Source: Spirochaetaceae bacterium (GTDB taxonomy: Bacteria; Spirochaetota; Spirochaetia; DSM-2461). Taken from it: a stretch of DNA of 64,000 nt. Positions 30,876-40,953 of this stretch are shown here, piece after piece. The stretch covers positions 473,968 through 537,967 of the forward strand of contig JAOPTT010000002.1 in NCBI GenBank assembly GCA_051531975.1, given 5' to 3'. Each line of letters begins with the position of its first letter. The stretch's first letter is position 1. Below the pieces are notes generated by a model that was not told the origin of the DNA, did no database searches, and worked only from the letters and a program-made list of their open reading frames with translations. A program made the translations under genes and the position numbers.

Positions 30876-31757
30876 TTAAGCTGCAAGTAAAACTTCTATC
30901 TCTTTATACTTCTCTGTTACAATAGCGAGGTCTTTTTTTTCAATCTCTACATTGGAATTACTTAAATACCTTAGTCGAGATAATTCTCCAAGTATAATCG
31001 CTACTGAAAAAGTAGCTCTAAGTTGTTCTAAAATTTGTGTAGGAAGAAAAGACGCATCTAATTTTTTATTCTTCATTGGGAAACCAAGCATAATATGGTG
31101 AGAGAGTAAATAATTAGTCGCGAAATCACAATCATCAATTAGATTTGAGAATATACTTATTAGATCATTAAAATATTTTTCAACTTGTTCTATAGATTTA
31201 ACAGTTAGTTTTATTTTATTAACCTCTGAATCCATTTTTGCATAAATTTCTTTCGCTTTTAATTCTTCTTCTTCAACACGTAATAGGGTTTCCTTTGCCC
31301 TTTTTCTTGTCAAAAATCCTAAAGTAAAAACAGCTTGAGCATTAGTTTTAAATTTATGATTATCAAAATCAATTAGAAATAAATCACTTTTACTTTTTAA
31401 TGATTCTTTCGTTTTAATTTCATAATCGAAGATTTCGCATATTTCGGTTTCTTTAATACCAATATTGTGAAAATTTTTCATTTTATCAGTAAATAAAGGG
31501 AAATATTGGTTATGAATTAGTTTTTTATTATTATTTATTGATTTAAGAGATGTTTTTATTTTCTGGGTTTCTATATCAATATCATTTTCGAACCTATTCT
31601 TTTTTAATTCAAATTCAGCTTTTAATGCTTCATATCGACGTTTAGCTTCATCATGATCCGTTTTACCAGAAAATGAACCCCAACAATTAGATACAACACT
31701 TTTAACTTTCTTGGTAGCAGCTGATACTTTTTCTTTTATCCAACCAAACAACCCCAT
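30876..31757 (-). CDS. Coiled-coil hypothetical protein with an amphipathic N-terminus
   Basis: MGLFGWIKEKV..; heptad-rich; translationally coupled to the upstream gene. Confidence 0.75.
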   Translation of the reverse strand: MGLFGWIKEKVSAATKKVKSVVSNCWGSFSGKTDHDEAKRRYEALKAEFELKKNRFENDIDIETQKIKTSLKSINNNKKLIHNQYFPLFTDKMKNFHNIGIKETEICEIFDYEIKTKESLKSKSDLFLIDFDNHKFKTNAQAVFTLGFLTRKRAKETLLRVEEEELKAKEIYAKMDSEVNKIKLTVKSIEQVEKYFNDLISIFSNLIDDCDFATNYLLSHHIMLGFPMKNKKLDASFLPTQILEQLRATFSVAIILGELSRLRYLSNSNVEIEKKDLAIVTEKYKEIEVLLAA

Positions 31758-32167
31758 TACTTCACCTTCTCATTTGTAATCAAACTATATCCATAATTAA
31801 TAATTGTGTTAAAATTATTTACCCATTCTACTGCTTCTTCTATAAGGGCTTCTGATAGATTCCATTCTTTAGCTATAACATTCAAAAAGTCTTTTTCTTT
31901 ATCAGCAAAAATATCATCACATAAAAGTATACCCAAAAGTTCAATCAATATAATTTTTTTTTCCTTCAGAGTTATATTTTTTAAATCATTTAATACATCG
32001 GAACTAGGAATCTCTCCAGGGATGTACTCATTAAGTTGTACTTCAGACTTTAGGTTATCAAAGATATTGAGTTCTTCATCTGCAATAACACCATCAACTA
32101 TAATTGAGTTATATGCTAATTGTAAAAAACTTTTATGATATTCTTTTTTTAACATTGTTAGATACAT
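31757..32167 (-). CDS. TerB-like protein
   Basis: FLQLAY..IVDGVIADEE and CDDIFADKEKDFL paired acidic motifs. Confidence 0.75.
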   Translation of the reverse strand: MYLTMLKKEYHKSFLQLAYNSIIVDGVIADEELNIFDNLKSEVQLNEYIPGEIPSSDVLNDLKNITLKEKKIILIELLGILLCDDIFADKEKDFLNVIAKEWNLSEALIEEAVEWVNNFNTIINYGYSLITNEKVK

Positions 32168-33108
32168 TAGTTAGCTACCCCACAATACCGTTTCTTTTCA
32201 GAACCATCTTTATTAAATTCTATTGATATATGAATATCACCATCTTTATAGATAAACTCATATCTTTTTGTTCCATCAATGGTGCTCACACTTTTAATAA
32301 GTGAATCTTCTTCATATATATTTTCAATTATTGAATTTGTAATATTATCTTCGATCCTGACGATTCTACTGTCATCACGAATAACTTTAATACTATCCGA
32401 ATCGATGTTACCATCCCCTAACAAACTACTATTTAATAATTTATTAAAAAATTCACATTGCAAGTTATTTGAAAAGTCTAGTACCATTAATGATTTGATT
32501 TGGTCCATTCTCAACTCATTTAAAACTTTCACTTTATCATGTTCATTACTTGAAAGGGCAGAGAATGAACGACTTATATTTTTGTTTTCTTTATCTATAT
32601 TCTCAATTAAACTCTCTAAAGTTATAAATCCTTTACCAATTTTATTAAACATCTCGTTAGACATATTATTTGATGAACTTAATGATTCAAAAAATGTTTC
32701 AAACTGTTCTGCAGTGGATTTACTGATAAATTCTAGATCGCTTTTTAAAACTGCAACACTTGAGGATACAGCATTACTAGATAGTTTTAAAGTTTCTAAT
32801 TTATCAACAATAGAATCATTTGAATTTTCTATTGTAGCTTCAATAAACTTTTTTGATGAATCGATACTATCAGATAACGTGTCAATTTTCTTAGAAATTA
32901 ACGCTATAATATTATTAGTATCTGTCAATTGTTTATTCACATTTAGATACTTTTCATGATAATCCAACTTTATATAAAAGATAAAAAGTATAATTGTTGG
33001 GATACACAACAACATTCCAATTATGGTTGTTATTTGTGGTTGTACTTTCATTACTGCTAAAACAAAACTTATTACAGTCAATGACAAACTAAAGATTGAT
33101 TTTTTCAT
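32167..33108 (-). CDS. Two-TM coiled-coil hypothetical protein
   Basis: Two N-terminal TM helices; GGAG RBS; TAATG coupling to the TerB-like gene. Confidence 0.75.
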   Translation of the reverse strand: MKKSIFSLSLTVISFVLAVMKVQPQITTIIGMLLCIPTIILFIFYIKLDYHEKYLNVNKQLTDTNNIIALISKKIDTLSDSIDSSKKFIEATIENSNDSIVDKLETLKLSSNAVSSSVAVLKSDLEFISKSTAEQFETFFESLSSSNNMSNEMFNKIGKGFITLESLIENIDKENKNISRSFSALSSNEHDKVKVLNELRMDQIKSLMVLDFSNNLQCEFFNKLLNSSLLGDGNIDSDSIKVIRDDSRIVRIEDNITNSIIENIYEEDSLIKSVSTIDGTKRYEFIYKDGDIHISIEFNKDGSEKKRYCGVAN

Positions 33109-33717
33109 TTAAACTCCATTTAAATATATATTATTAATTATTTAATATTAACATAAATTATATTTTATGCAAAAACATTTCTAATTTTTTTTTAATAATA
33201 GTCGTAAATATAAAACTAATATTCTTATTGGTTCAATGATTTCAAAATTATATATGGTTACATTAGAAATTACTTAGAAGATTATCTTTTTTATAAATTA
33301 ATGGACTAATATTTCAGAAAGGGATTTTGTATTATAATAATTTTCTAGTAAATTTAAATTCTCATCATTATTAAATGATCGAACCTGCCTCCATATTTAC
33401 TCTATTTTTACATTATCATAGTCACTCATATTTAATTTGAAACTCCTTTCTTTACAAATATACTTTTTGATACTTAGTATTTAACAATAAAACATAATTA
33501 GATATAAACATCTGAAAGTTTACCATTAAGCCTATTATAAACTATTTCACTAATATTGTGAGCAATTTTTAATCCACCAATCTCTGATGGTTCTATAGGC
33601 GGATACTGTAGAATAATCTTCTTCGTCGGTACATATTTTTCTTAAATCTAATTGGAAATGGAAAGTACTTTTCCCTATAAAATTGTAAATTTGTTTCCCT
33701 AACTAATATAAAAAAAA

Positions 33718-34458
33718 TTACTCCTCCTTCCTTTGTTTAATTCTATAAGAATCTCCACTAATGGAGAAAACTCTAGCATGGTGTAAAAGCCGATCTAACA
33801 TGGCCGTTGTCATTATCTCATCGCCCATCATCTCAGACCACTGATCGAATCCTTTATTTGATGTTATAATTATTGATGATGTCTCATATAATTCGCTAAC
33901 TAAGTTAAAGAATAAGTTAGCTTCTTTCCTATCAATAGGTGTGTATCCTATTTCATCAATAATCAGTAGAGATGATTTCATTATTCTGTTTAATCTAAAT
34001 GCACTCGAACGCTGGTATTCAGATGTTTTAAGTAATTTAACAAGATTAGATGCTCTTTCAAAACATACTTTGTAACCACTCTCTAAAGCTTTCAGCCCAA
34101 GGCTAACAGATAGATGAGTTTTTCCAACTCCCGGAGGTCCTAAAAACATTAGATTTTCATTGTTATCAATCCATCTAAAATCTAGTAGATTATTTATATC
34201 TTCTTCCAGGATCCCATCTACTCTGGAGAAATCAAAAGCTTCCAGTTCTTTAATAGTTGGTAGATGAGCCCCAGCAAGGTTTCTCTTAAGTTTTCTCTCG
34301 TTTCTATCATCTATTTCTATACTGAGGAATTCTTTTAAACATTCCAAATATGACATTTTATTATTTTGTGCTCTATCCAATACAGCATCTAAAGATTCGA
34401 GAATACCTTTTAGTTTTAAAGTTGATAATGCATTTTGGCAGTATTCTAGATTACTCAT
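33718..34458 (-). CDS. istB: IS21 helper ATPase IstB
   Basis: GPPGVGKT, LIIDEIGY, IITSN, LDRLLHH, GDSYR. Confidence 0.97.
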   Translation of the reverse strand: MSNLEYCQNALSTLKLKGILESLDAVLDRAQNNKMSYLECLKEFLSIEIDDRNERKLKRNLAGAHLPTIKELEAFDFSRVDGILEEDINNLLDFRWIDNNENLMFLGPPGVGKTHLSVSLGLKALESGYKVCFERASNLVKLLKTSEYQRSSAFRLNRIMKSSLLIIDEIGYTPIDRKEANLFFNLVSELYETSSIIITSNKGFDQWSEMMGDEIMTTAMLDRLLHHARVFSISGDSYRIKQRKEE

Positions 34459-36008
34459 AATACACCTCCAATAATACTTATTAGAGAAGTGTAATACTGT
34501 AGGTTTCTCCGTTGTATTTCAGGAGAGGATGTCCTTCGGACTGTTTTAAGAAGTGCTGGTATTACATCTGCAATAACTTCTTTTCTTTTACCTTCACAGT
34601 AGTTGTATGCTTCTTTTAAATTAGTAGCAGAGTAACTATCCAGATCGAAACATTGTTCAATTGCTTCTTCTAATATTCCAATGTCAGGATCTGTCTCCAG
34701 AAACGTCATAATCATAGGATGCTGATCTCGGTAATATCTAGTATATTTGCGATAATGCATTTGGACAAACTCTAGCCATAACTTTGAATCGATTGATTTT
34801 TCTAACTTTACAACAAGAGCAGCAGGACTTTCTGCAAATGATCTAAAGTGTTGTTTATCAATGATAGTAGCTCCAGGAGTGAGGGAGATGCTATGCTCAG
34901 CTACTAAATCACCTGTAATACCATTGTAAATAAATAATTTTGTATCTGTGTTATAGATCCATACGTTCTTTTTTAAGTATTTTTTAGGCACGGAATAGTA
35001 ACAGGAGTTTACCGAGATCATTGATTTACCGGAGACTCTTCTAGACTGTGTATCAACTACTCTTTCTGTACGATATATAGACATTCTGAGAGGCAATAAT
35101 TCTTCTCTTTCCATTCGTATTAGATCACTTGGAATACAACCATTTGCCTGACTGATTTTACCATTTGCTCTTCTATCCATCCAACTCTCAAGCCGACTAG
35201 GAATATCTTTAAATGATTTAAACTCTCTAGCTGAAAAGAAGCTTGTTTTAACATATTTTACAAGGTTTTCAACTTTACCTTTTGTTTCTGGATCAGCTTT
35301 TCTACAGACAAAAAGAGAAAATCCCTGTTCCTTCTTAAAATCAGAAAATGCTTTAGTTAATATAACAGCACCATAATTCTCTTTCACAATCATAACCTTA
35401 TCCTGATCAATAGCTATTTCCTTTGGTATCCCACCAATACAGTCAAAACAATCCAATAAATGCCTAATTACATCTACTGTTGTAAATGGTTTATCCTGTA
35501 CAGACACATATTTAAATCTGCTTGCGGAGAGAACTGTAGTAAAGATATAAGCCTTCTCCCCAGATTGTATTTTCGTCTCGCCAAAATCCAATTGGAGCTG
35601 TTTCCCAAAAGGTAAATCTTCAACGGGAGTATAAAGTCTTACTCCTTTGCTTAAATCGAAGTCATTGGACTGTTTTAAGTATGAAATATAGTTCCTTAAT
35701 GTTCGTTCTCCTCCAGGTAGAACACCATGAATTTCTTCTAAGACATCAAATATTGATGATGTGAAAACCTTATGATTCTTGATACCTTTATTCACTTCGA
35801 GGATAGCCAAAAGCTCATCTTTATATGGTTCAAAAACCTTTATTTTATCTTCTAGGCTTATCTTGTAATCTAAATATTCTTTTTCAGACATATTCCAATA
35901 TTTCCTAACAGTTTTTGGGTCTAAACCAGTTTCTGCTGCAGCATTCATTTTACTGTACTTTTGTTTCTTGCAATTTTGTATTTTTTGATACATATTCATA
36001 ATTATCAC
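34455..36008 (-). CDS. istA: IS21 transposase IstA
   Basis: KTVRKY HTH, QLDFG, GGIPKEIAID, TKGKVE (DDE). Confidence 0.96.
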   Translation of the reverse strand: MIIMNMYQKIQNCKKQKYSKMNAAAETGLDPKTVRKYWNMSEKEYLDYKISLEDKIKVFEPYKDELLAILEVNKGIKNHKVFTSSIFDVLEEIHGVLPGGERTLRNYISYLKQSNDFDLSKGVRLYTPVEDLPFGKQLQLDFGETKIQSGEKAYIFTTVLSASRFKYVSVQDKPFTTVDVIRHLLDCFDCIGGIPKEIAIDQDKVMIVKENYGAVILTKAFSDFKKEQGFSLFVCRKADPETKGKVENLVKYVKTSFFSAREFKSFKDIPSRLESWMDRRANGKISQANGCIPSDLIRMEREELLPLRMSIYRTERVVDTQSRRVSGKSMISVNSCYYSVPKKYLKKNVWIYNTDTKLFIYNGITGDLVAEHSISLTPGATIIDKQHFRSFAESPAALVVKLEKSIDSKLWLEFVQMHYRKYTRYYRDQHPMIMTFLETDPDIGILEEAIEQCFDLDSYSATNLKEAYNYCEGKRKEVIADVIPALLKTVRRTSSPEIQRRNLQYYTSLISIIGGVL

Positions 36009-36125
36009 GAGTTTGTCCTTGTCTTAGTTTTGTGGTTATTACTAAGTTATCGGACAGACTCTTTTTTTTATTTCAGTAGGGAATTAAATTTACCGTTCCG
36101 TAGGGAATTCAGGATACCATTTCCA

Positions 36126-36449
36126 CTACCTCTATCAATTGGTTCTGATAAAATAATATCAAAAGAGATTAACTGTTATATGGTTAATAGTGAAAATGCA
36201 AAATAATTTGTAAATAAGTTTAATAAAGTTTTTTGTGGTAAATATGGATTTTATTTTCATAAAAATTTCAGATGGGATTTTCATGAGTTCAGAGATTTTA
36301 TTATAGATAATTTCACCTCTGATAGTGGAGTAATTGGTGATGATATGGTTAATGAGTTTGAACGTAAAAGAAAGAAAGTTAGACTTGAAATTAGAGATAT
36401 TATTGGTAGTACAGATTTTATGACTATGAATACGATCTCAAAAAAATAG
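36126..36449 (+). pseudogene. 3' remnant of a gene truncated at the IS21 end
   Basis: 108-codon frame starting exactly at the IS boundary, with a single internal TAA. Confidence 0.5.
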
Positions 36450-36494
36450 TTCTCGTAAAAACAAAAGTTAATAATTAAAATGTTTAAAATATAT

Positions 36495-37781
36495 TTAAAT
36501 AATAAACTTACTTATTCTTTTTAAAAATCCATCTATTTGTATTTCATGTTCTTTAACTATAGGACCATCTGCAAAAAAATGTGTACCGCCTGAGTTATCA
36601 AATAGCTTTTTAGGAAGTATTTTAGATTCATCTATTGTATTTGTAGTTACTGGATAGATCAAACCACCTAGTATCACTTTACCTTTTTGCTGTAAGTATG
36701 AAATATATGTATGTATTTGAAAGAAGTCATCACGATCTAGATCTGTAAATCCATCCCTATATTCCATTTTTTTATATTTTGCATCAAACACACAATAATT
36801 ATCACCTTTTTTTAAAACGATATCCGGAATAATTTTTCGATGATAAAATCTATCGGGATATAGTAAAAAATCAGAATCTACTAAATGCCAGCCATATAAT
36901 AAAAAATGTCTTTTTATAAAACTTCTAACATAGTTTTCCCAGATCTCAGCCATATCCAGAAAAAAACCTGAAATATGCTTATTTTGTCCCATGATATTAA
37001 ATCCTTTATCTGAATTTATTATCTGCCAGGAATAATCCACTACATCTTTAAACTTATGATACATAGGGTGATATTTTATAGACTTGTATTCATGGAAAGA
37101 TACTTTTTTTAGTTTCCCATAATTTGTATCAAACTGATGTATCGCTTCCATTGCGTTATCTGGTATGTTAAGCATACCTAACTGATAATTATGCTTAAGT
37201 ATTGTATGAGCCTGATGTAAAATATTTATTACTGTTTTATCTAACTCTTTTTCCTTATTTGAAGTTACAATTTTTCCATTATTGTAGATTTCTCTTAAGG
37301 TAGGCTTAACCAATAAACGCCCTTTTAATGTATAACTAATATGCTTTATCTGTTTTTTAACCTGTGGTAATCCATGGCGGTTAGCGTTAGTTAATTTTTG
37401 CAGCCAGATAAATGAGATAAGCATTTTTAAATAGTATGAGTTACTTTCAGTATCTAATGACGATGAGCCTTTACTAAATTTTATATTGAAAAGTTCTTCA
37501 AACATTTTAAATAATATAGGATCACCAAAACGCGGTTTTATATTTATTGTTTCTTCTATATTCTTATTTTTAAAGGATATAGAACCAATATACCGCCCTG
37601 CGTACCACTTTTTATCCTGATAATTGAAACTAATTAATGGTTCTTTATCAGCTTTGGTAGGTTCAAGATTAAATACGGATATATACTGATTGCTCTTTGA
37701 GAATTCCCATAAGATATCATTCCATTGCACATCGAAAGCTAAACAGTCTTTAGCCTCAATTAGTTTATTATTTTTTCTCAT
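36495..37781 (-). CDS. mcrC: McrC-family restriction subunit
   Basis: DMAEIWENYV, IIPDIV..FDAKYK, DFFQIHTY. Confidence 0.92.
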   Translation of the reverse strand: MRKNNKLIEAKDCLAFDVQWNDILWEFSKSNQYISVFNLEPTKADKEPLISFNYQDKKWYAGRYIGSISFKNKNIEETINIKPRFGDPILFKMFEELFNIKFSKGSSSLDTESNSYYLKMLISFIWLQKLTNANRHGLPQVKKQIKHISYTLKGRLLVKPTLREIYNNGKIVTSNKEKELDKTVINILHQAHTILKHNYQLGMLNIPDNAMEAIHQFDTNYGKLKKVSFHEYKSIKYHPMYHKFKDVVDYSWQIINSDKGFNIMGQNKHISGFFLDMAEIWENYVRSFIKRHFLLYGWHLVDSDFLLYPDRFYHRKIIPDIVLKKGDNYCVFDAKYKKMEYRDGFTDLDRDDFFQIHTYISYLQQKGKVILGGLIYPVTTNTIDESKILPKKLFDNSGGTHFFADGPIVKEHEIQIDGFLKRISKFII

Positions 37782-39531
37782 TTAGTAGTATTTTTTTCAA
37801 AATTTCTAATTGATCTTTCTTTTGTTCATCACCTAGATTTCCAAAGAAAGCATCCAATATAGGTTCTATTGATATATCCCATAGGGTTTCAACAGGACCT
37901 CCCTCCTTAAAGATTGGTATGCCCATTATATAACTAGGACGACCTTTAAAACCTGATGCGATATCAATAAGTTCTGCAAAAAAAGTATGTCCTATCTGGT
38001 ACTGTTTCCCCAGATCTTCAATTTCTGTGATCTTTTCATTTAACTGACTTGCATTATCAATAAACTGATCTATTATATTCTCATCAATTTTATCTAACTT
38101 CAAAACTCTCTTCTTTTCATCAATCATAGATATTAAAGCATCAACATCAAATTCATAAAAGAACCATACAAATCGACGACGTAGAGCAAAATCCAAGCGT
38201 TCTAAGGAGAAGTCTATCTCGTTCATAGTGCCTATAATATAGAGATTATCAGGAACCTTTAGCTTAAAACCTTTAATCGATAGATCTAATTCAGATTCTC
38301 TATTTTCTATTCCTGAAAATGCTTCACCAAAAAGTCTAGAAAGATCAACTCTGTTAATCTCGTCCAAGATTAGCACGTATGGTGATTTGTCTTCGTCTTC
38401 ATCTATCTCATTACATAAATCAAGAAAATATCCTTCTTTGGGATTAGTTTCACCATTAACAAGTTGTATTCCAATAATAAAATCTTCATAGCTATAATTT
38501 GAATGTAACTGTAATTTTTTTATACGATTTTTAATCTTTATTTTACCCTCTATAAAATCCTTAACCTTTGTTTTATCATTTTTAATTATTTGCTGATAAA
38601 TAAATGATGTTGCAAGACTATTAGCATTATATGTTTTACTAGTCCCAGGAGGTCCATAAAGAATGATGTTCTTTTTAAAGGTTAATCCTTGTATTTCATT
38701 ATATTCAGCTTTAGATTGTTGGGTATTCCAAAGACCTTTTATTTCTTCATCGTAAAAATCAAATTCGGACTTATACTTTTCTATATTATTTCTTATGTTA
38801 TAGATCTTTTCATCGTTATTTTTAAAATCATCATCTTCAAGCAATGAACTAAAACTATCTACTATTTTTTGCTTATGTCCATTAGAAGATATTCTCTCAT
38901 AACTTTCTGGGTTACATAGATAAAGAAGTATATTGAACATAGCACAGCTTTTTTTAATTTCTTTTATATCATTTTGCCACTCTTGAGTATGACTTGTTGA
39001 TTCATCATATTTTGCATATAGAGCAATTTCCTCTATTCGATTTTTAATATCAGCAGTTTTTTTTAGTTTTTCTTTTTGTAGATATTTAAATATTCTAAGT
39101 ATCGATACTATTTCCCAGTATTTATTTTGTTTATGATATGTACCAGCATGACCAAATCCCTCATCAGGAAAAATATCCAACTCTTTAAATTCATCATTTA
39201 TTTCTATTTCATCAGAAACACATATTTCAACAGAATGAGCCTTACCGTTATAATTCATATCACTTACTGAGAATGACCATAACCAATTAGCATGTGCAAA
39301 GAGCATTTTGACAGCATCAGATGAACCTTCGAATTGCTCCTGAATTTTTTCGTAATAATTTCTTTTATCTTCTTTAGAATCATCAATAAATCTATCAATA
39401 CATTTTGCTATATTATCTTCATTAAAGACATCTCTGGAATCATCCAACATACTATGCCCTTTAATAATAAATTGTTCTAAAAAAGCATCAAATAGTTCAT
39501 AAAGAAATTGATGTTCATCCATAAATGCCAT
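37768..39531 (-). CDS. mcrB: McrB-family AAA+ GTPase
   Basis: GPPGTSKT, YSYEDF, LDEINR, GTMNEID, DFALRRRF. Confidence 0.94.
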   Translation of the reverse strand: MAFMDEHQFLYELFDAFLEQFIIKGHSMLDDSRDVFNEDNIAKCIDRFIDDSKEDKRNYYEKIQEQFEGSSDAVKMLFAHANWLWSFSVSDMNYNGKAHSVEICVSDEIEINDEFKELDIFPDEGFGHAGTYHKQNKYWEIVSILRIFKYLQKEKLKKTADIKNRIEEIALYAKYDESTSHTQEWQNDIKEIKKSCAMFNILLYLCNPESYERISSNGHKQKIVDSFSSLLEDDDFKNNDEKIYNIRNNIEKYKSEFDFYDEEIKGLWNTQQSKAEYNEIQGLTFKKNIILYGPPGTSKTYNANSLATSFIYQQIIKNDKTKVKDFIEGKIKIKNRIKKLQLHSNYSYEDFIIGIQLVNGETNPKEGYFLDLCNEIDEDEDKSPYVLILDEINRVDLSRLFGEAFSGIENRESELDLSIKGFKLKVPDNLYIIGTMNEIDFSLERLDFALRRRFVWFFYEFDVDALISMIDEKKRVLKLDKIDENIIDQFIDNASQLNEKITEIEDLGKQYQIGHTFFAELIDIASGFKGRPSYIMGIPIFKEGGPVETLWDISIEPILDAFFGNLGDEQKKDQLEILKKILLNEKK

Positions 39532-39579
39532 TATTTTCTCCTAATTATTAAACATATCTATAACTTTAAGAAATCAATA

Positions 39580-40953
39580 TTAAACAGTTTCTCCATACTT
39601 CCGAACTGGCTCTGCAACCATAGATTCTCTAATTCTTTCTTCAGCTTCTTTAACAGTTATTTGTCCATTCATGATCATTGGTAGTAACCAGTCTCTTAGT
39701 TTTTTTAGATTTTGGTTTTCTTTTAAATTTACTTGAATTTTAGCATTCATTGCATTTACTTTGTTATAAAACAGTTTCATTATTTGTGTTTCTGGTTGAC
39801 AAGTTTGGAAATCATTAATAAAGGAATCAAATAAAAGGTTTTTAATTCCACTAGTTTTACCTTCCCATCCAAATAAAACACCAGCATCGTATAGCCTTTT
39901 CCATAAGTATACGAAGTTATATAATGAATGTTTATCTAGTAGTGTAATGGCTTTACAAAAATTGGAACAAATTATTGGTTCACCAAATCTTTCTAGAGTT
40001 TCTTGTATAATATAAGTCATACGACCAGTAGATTGAGTTGGACTACCTCCGGATATTTCAATAATTAAATCTCCTACTTCTAGGATCTTATGGTTATTTT
40101 TTTCTAAAATGAACCTGATAGGAGATTTTACTTCTGCAGTTCCATTTATACCATTTATATCTGCCCCTCTAATACAAGATACTTGTTGAACATAATTACC
40201 TTGTTTAATATCCTTACCCCAATCACCACTTTTGTCATTCTTAATCCAATCTGCAATTGTAATATTTAGCCATCCAACAGGAATCTTTTTTTTCAAATCT
40301 TTATTGTAAACCATCTTCCCTCCGGAAGATTTGTAAGGTTTACCATTTGCATCAGGAAAATCAAACTGTACAAACCAATAATCATAAATCAGTTTAGCCA
40401 TTGATTCTAATTCTGTATTAATTTTATTGTTGAGCACTATTTTGCAATTCAAATCATTTAATATTTTTACAAGTTTTTCTTGCTCGTTAATCTCAGGAAT
40501 ATTTATAATCATAGTCTTTGCTGAACCAACATTAAAATGCTGTTGAATCGCACCGACTTTATGATTCCCGACATATTTTTTTGCTGTGGAATTGAAAAAG
40601 AATGATAAATAATAAGGGTTTATCTTGTTAATATCTGGTCGTATGATAACTAGATCAGAACAATTTAAATTCTTATACCCTTTAGGTATCACGCAAGAAG
40701 TCCCTGGTTGCCCAGTTCGCACAATAACAACATCGCCTTCAGTAAGAGCTGACTTTGATATTTTTTTATGAAATTCCTTTGACACGTACTTCAATGAATC
40801 CATATTTAATGAGTAAGGCTTTATATTTAAAGATCTTAGTAAAGGAACGCCAACATTAACATATTCCTTAGTCATTGCACCAACAAAACCTACTGTAATC
40901 TCACTGCATAAGTCTTTTAACAGGTAAGAAGAATAATTCTTATTATTTAACAT
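39580..40953 (-). CDS. hsdS: Type I RM specificity subunit
   Basis: Two TRDs with conserved spacers (EQEK..LESMAKLIYDYWFVQFDFP; LRDWLLPM). Confidence 0.95.
   Translation of the reverse strand: MLNNKNYSSYLLKDLCSEITVGFVGAMTKEYVNVGVPLLRSLNIKPYSLNMDSLKYVSKEFHKKISKSALTEGDVVIVRTGQPGTSCVIPKGYKNLNCSDLVIIRPDINKINPYYLSFFFNSTAKKYVGNHKVGAIQQHFNVGSAKTMIINIPEINEQEKLVKILNDLNCKIVLNNKINTELESMAKLIYDYWFVQFDFPDANGKPYKSSGGKMVYNKDLKKKIPVGWLNITIADWIKNDKSGDWGKDIKQGNYVQQVSCIRGADINGINGTAEVKSPIRFILEKNNHKILEVGDLIIEISGGSPTQSTGRMTYIIQETLERFGEPIICSNFCKAITLLDKHSLYNFVYLWKRLYDAGVLFGWEGKTSGIKNLLFDSFINDFQTCQPETQIMKLFYNKVNAMNAKIQVNLKENQNLKKLRDWLLPMIMNGQITVKEAEERIRESMVAEPVRKYGETV

Larger units (their letters stand above)
33653..36125 (-). 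mobile_element. IS21-family insertion sequence
   Basis: istA/istB pair. Imperfect ~50-bp terminal IRs TGGAAATGG-N9-TTCCCTA-N7-GTAAATTT-NN-TTCCCTA at 33653 and (reverse complement) 36125. No clean target duplication. Confidence 0.9.

Noticed and set aside
32279..32959. 226-aa plus-strand ORF, and similar antisense ORFs at 42989, 49009, 58150, 62138 and 62990
   Set aside because: Ser/Leu/Ile/Phe-rich mirror frames of well-supported genes on the opposite strand.
33290..33450. Minus-strand AGGAG + ATG (MSDYDNVKIE*IWRQ..)
   Set aside because: Interrupted by stops after 10 codons; possibly a relic but unidentifiable.
39580..40953. Phase-variable or shufflon hsdS
   Set aside because: Single hsdS; no spare TRDs, inverted repeats or recombinase seen.
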